A stretch of 64,000 nt of DNA from Camelus ferus (lineage: Eukaryota). This document shows, piece after piece, positions 60,437 through 64,000 of this stretch. The position numbers and the translations under genes were made by a program. The notes below the pieces were generated by a model that made no database searches, was not told the DNA's origin, and worked only from the letters and a program-made list of their open reading frames with translations. The stretch is taken from NCBI RefSeq assembly GCF_009834535.1, contig NC_045696.1, forward strand, positions 37,140,001 to 37,204,000. Direction: 5' to 3'. The first letter of the stretch is position 1, and each line of letters begins with the position of its first letter.

Positions 60437-62910
60437 AGACAGATCATTAACATACAATTAACTGTACTGATCTCAATTATACATGTATATGTTTCTCCCA
60501 TATCCCTTATATTTGGAATGTTTTCAATTTTATTTATTTTTACAACTGTGCATAATGGCATTTAAAATTTTCTGTTTCTTTTTCCTTTTATGGCTGTTTA
60601 ACTATTGATTGCCAATTTTTTCAAATATTTATCATAATTTTTCTATAGATGTTTGCATCTTGTGGAAATTTAGTGCTTTTTGTGATTTCTAAATGTATAG
60701 AACCATACTTTGAACATATTATTAGGTTTATAATTAAGGGACTAAAATTATAAAAGTTACTTGCAAATATACTATGTAAACAGAAAATAATTGAAAACTT
60801 ATTAATAATTAGCATTACACTCATATATGAAGAACAGAAAATAAGTATGTGCACATTTTAAATTGCTTACACACTGATGATAGTTTGAGAAAAAGTTGTA
60901 CTTGAATCATTTAGACATATATTTCTCAGTCTCAACTATCATTTGTAGCTGAATGTGTTTCCTTTTTACTCACTGTTTCCTCAGATTAATTCATCAAGTC
61001 TCAGCCTGACTTTTGAGTACATGGTTCCAACATCATCCAGAGAATCATGAAGAGTTTTCAGATAGAATCTGGAGCTCCTCAACCTCACACATCTCCTTTC
61101 TGATTCCCTCCTCAATTCTAGGAAGTGTGTTTGTTTCCAAGTTAGTCCCCTTGTTCATTTGGACCAAAGACTTCAGGTTTTCTATCAGATTTAGATGTAC
61201 TGGTGGCTCTGATTTCATCCTATCTCCAGGTTAAAGATTTAAAAATAAATAACTCACTCTGTACTATTCCTTTCTCCCCAGAACTTTCCTCCCTGTTTTT
61301 TTTTTTGTTTTGTTGTTGTTGTCTTTAGTGCATCTAAGTCACTAATTTTCTTGTATTTGTTCAGACTTTTTAGTTGCTATCTTGTGAAAGGCAGGAGTTG
61401 AAAGTTGAGCAGGATATGACTTGTCCATATTAGAAGTAGACCCTCAAGTTGCCAGTAGAGCAAGAAAATAACTCTAATACTGAGAAGGCAGAATGAGGAT
61501 ATATGGAGTTTGCTGGTGACAGGTCCTATTCTCCAGAGAAGACTGTATTTGAAGTCATGAGGACAGGAAAGTGTCAGAAATGTCACTTCAGGGCACTTTT
61601 AGGGCATTAGAGAAATAGGCATGGCTGATGATGACCTTGGAGAATTGATTCCTTAAGTGGGGGCACGGTGCCGAGTATATGTGAAAAGTGAAGGAATTGT
61701 TCTTTGTAGGCTTTCTGTAGAACTCAGGTGGATAGCGTTCAGCTAATTTAGCTGGAGAACAACTCTTCAATCCTGTAGTTCCAGATAAAGAAGAAGCACC
61801 AGTGCTGGGAGATGGCCCACCAAGGACTCAAAGACAGTTCTTTGACTTGTGCCAGCCTGAGATAGAAGGTGGCTTACTAGGAATATAACTGAGTGTGTAG
61901 AGATGGTCTCAGACTACAGGACTGTGGACACATGAAACAGTAGGTGAAATGGAAGACTGACCAAGGGCAGTCGATGACATCAAAGATGAACAGGACAGGT
62001 GGAATAATGCTGTTTTCTCCCTTTGGCTACTAATTTATTTGTATTAATGTATGAAAATGCTCAAAATTAATAATACTGTGTGTTTTAAGTGTATTCTGCT
62101 AGGTTTGTTTCTGAGAAAAATTATCTGTATATCTGTATATGCCTAATTTTCATTCCTTTTGGATTTTATGAAGAGATGTGACATGTCAAATGCTTTTTAA
62201 AAAGCATGTATCAGCTAGGAGGCATTAAATAGATTGAGACAGATATGGAATAGACAGGAGTTCGGGTAATTATAACTGCTTCTTTATACTCAGATGTGTA
62301 TTAGCAAAATATATTTTATAATGAACAATAGATTATTACTTATTCATTAGCTTACACATACTTAATGTTGATTTCACTTATAGCCCTGTGTGTATTTTTT
62401 ACATGTCCTTCAGTGTAGACTTTGCACAATACATTAGTTCTTTTTCACCACAGCTAAACAGCTTTGTCAGCTCCAAACTGTGTTTTTCTTATTTTTTTTT
62501 CCCGCATAATCTTTGTCCTACTATAAAATAGGTTTGGTCAATGGGAATCCACTCTGTGAGATCATAGCTCAGGTGCGTTTTTGCTCTCATGCCCATCTGT
62601 TCCTGGCTCCATAGGCAACTTGGATAACATCTGTTTTACTTGTTTGTTGACATATATCAGCATTTGGGATGTGGTTGCATATAGATATCTGCACATTCAT
62701 CATTCAGTTGATCCTTGAGGAACAGCCAGCATTCTTCCTTAGCTAACTTTAAAGGCTTCAAGTTCTCTCATACCTCCTTGTGTTTTACAGAACAACTGAT
62801 GAGTGAGTTTGTTGGCATTTTTTGCTATGTTTATCCTATTCAAATGAAGTTACATTCCCTAACATTTATTTATTTACTACTGGGACTTGCAAAAGGGTTT
62901 GGCATTTAAC

Positions 62911-63869
62911 CAGGGCCAGCTTCATACGTATGTGACCTGTGTTGTCACACAGGGCCTTGCACTCAGAAGGACCCCACATTCGCTTTAACACTCAGCAACC
63001 ACCATATTTGAAATTCTTAATGATTTTATCTTTGAACTTGTGATCTACAAGTGAAGACAGATGGGACAGTGAATCACACATGTGAGCAGAAGAGATAACA
63101 TACAATTTGCATATCCATGACTCCTTCTCAGCCTGTCATATACATAGTTCACAGTGTCCCAAGAGCACAGAATTCCAGAGGAACCAAGATGGACAGAAGT
63201 TCTGTGAGACTCAGAACAAGTCAAGGTCATTGCGTCTCATCTATAACCAAGGAAGTAGGAGCAATGATAGCCTTGAGAGTCACACTTTTCTCTTGGACCA
63301 GAACTTGCTTTGAAGACTTAGAGAAGGTCATGGTGTTCTAAGAAACATAAACCATCAAAGGGTGCTATTATGTTCTTTCTTACTCGCGTTACTTTTCTGT
63401 GTTGGCCCACCAATAATGCTGAAAATGATGACAGAGAAGAAAAAAGGAAAGACAGGGCAATCCAGAGATGCTTTCTCTTTCAATCCTTATCTATCAGTGA
63501 GACAGAGGTTGAGAAGTCAAATAAAAGCAGCTGAGTTAGATTTCTGCAGTGTTTCCCCTGTTCATACAAAATGCATATGCATATGTGAGCTATAAAATAC
63601 AAATTGTCTAATTTCAGGGATTTAAAAACTGCCGTACACAATAAAGGTGATGGTAAAACTCAAGCTAATGATTTAACTTTTATTTATGTCTTACCTAAAA
63701 AGGCATTATATAGCAAATAAAAATTACAATGACAATTTGAGAGACAAATCATGGAGGCATGGGAAAAGCCTTATGTTTATTACCTTTAACAGCATTTTTC
63801 CCCTGCTTTTCTAACAGGGAATCTCATTTTTATTTTTAACAGGATTTGCAAATTAAGTAGCTGGCCTTG
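62911..63869 (+). mobile_element. MER45-family non-autonomous hAT-Tip100 DNA transposon (~960 bp)
   Basis: Terminal inverted repeats CAGGGCCAGCT / AGCTGGCCTTG; GTGACCTGTG..GTCACACAGGGCC and TTGAAATTCTTAAT motifs. Degenerate 8-bp TSD CATTTAAC / AATTTCAC (6/8). Confidence 0.9.
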
Positions 63870-64000
63870 AATTTCACCAACCATTCTAAACTGTGTAGGA
63901 CAGTAATATTCTATAGATAATAATATGAATTTACAGTTGCTAAAACAGCAGCCAGATAGTTATTCTAGTTATGAAGATTGAAGAGAAAGAAGAGCTTCAG

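Noticed and set aside
1..64000. Prokaryotic-type systems, tRNA/rRNA genes, processed pseudogenes of host genes
   Set aside because: None recognised. The sequence is mammalian repeat-rich DNA and every long recognisable ORF is L1-derived.

Overview
AT-rich, gene-poor mammalian genomic DNA dominated by retroelements; by eye roughly 45-50% is LINE-1 (L1). I found no Alu, B1/B2, Bov-tA/A2, PRE, SINEC or ERE SINEs. That absence, plus the style of the L1 3' ends, suggests a camelid or related cetartiodactyl (inference from recalled sequences). The main feature is a young full-length L1 on the minus strand (48441-55539) with a 14-bp target-site duplication (TSD), a CpG-rich 5'UTR, a ~400-nt inter-ORF spacer and only four visible disabling lesions. 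Also present: an older full-length L1 (~20800-28420), several decayed L1s, four short L1 3'-end insertions, an internally deleted ERV1-like provirus retaining an env transmembrane remnant, several solo LTRs, MaLR/MLT2 LTRs, a MER45-type hAT element and MIR/L2 relics. I could not recognise a host protein-coding gene. The strong minus-strand bias of L1s and LTRs, a small CpG-rich patch with splice donors near 3.1 kb and a few + strand exon-like segments suggest, but do not show, a long + strand transcript. The sequence alone does not demonstrate a novel biological system; the findings are leads. Repeat family names come from recalled consensus motifs, not a database search.
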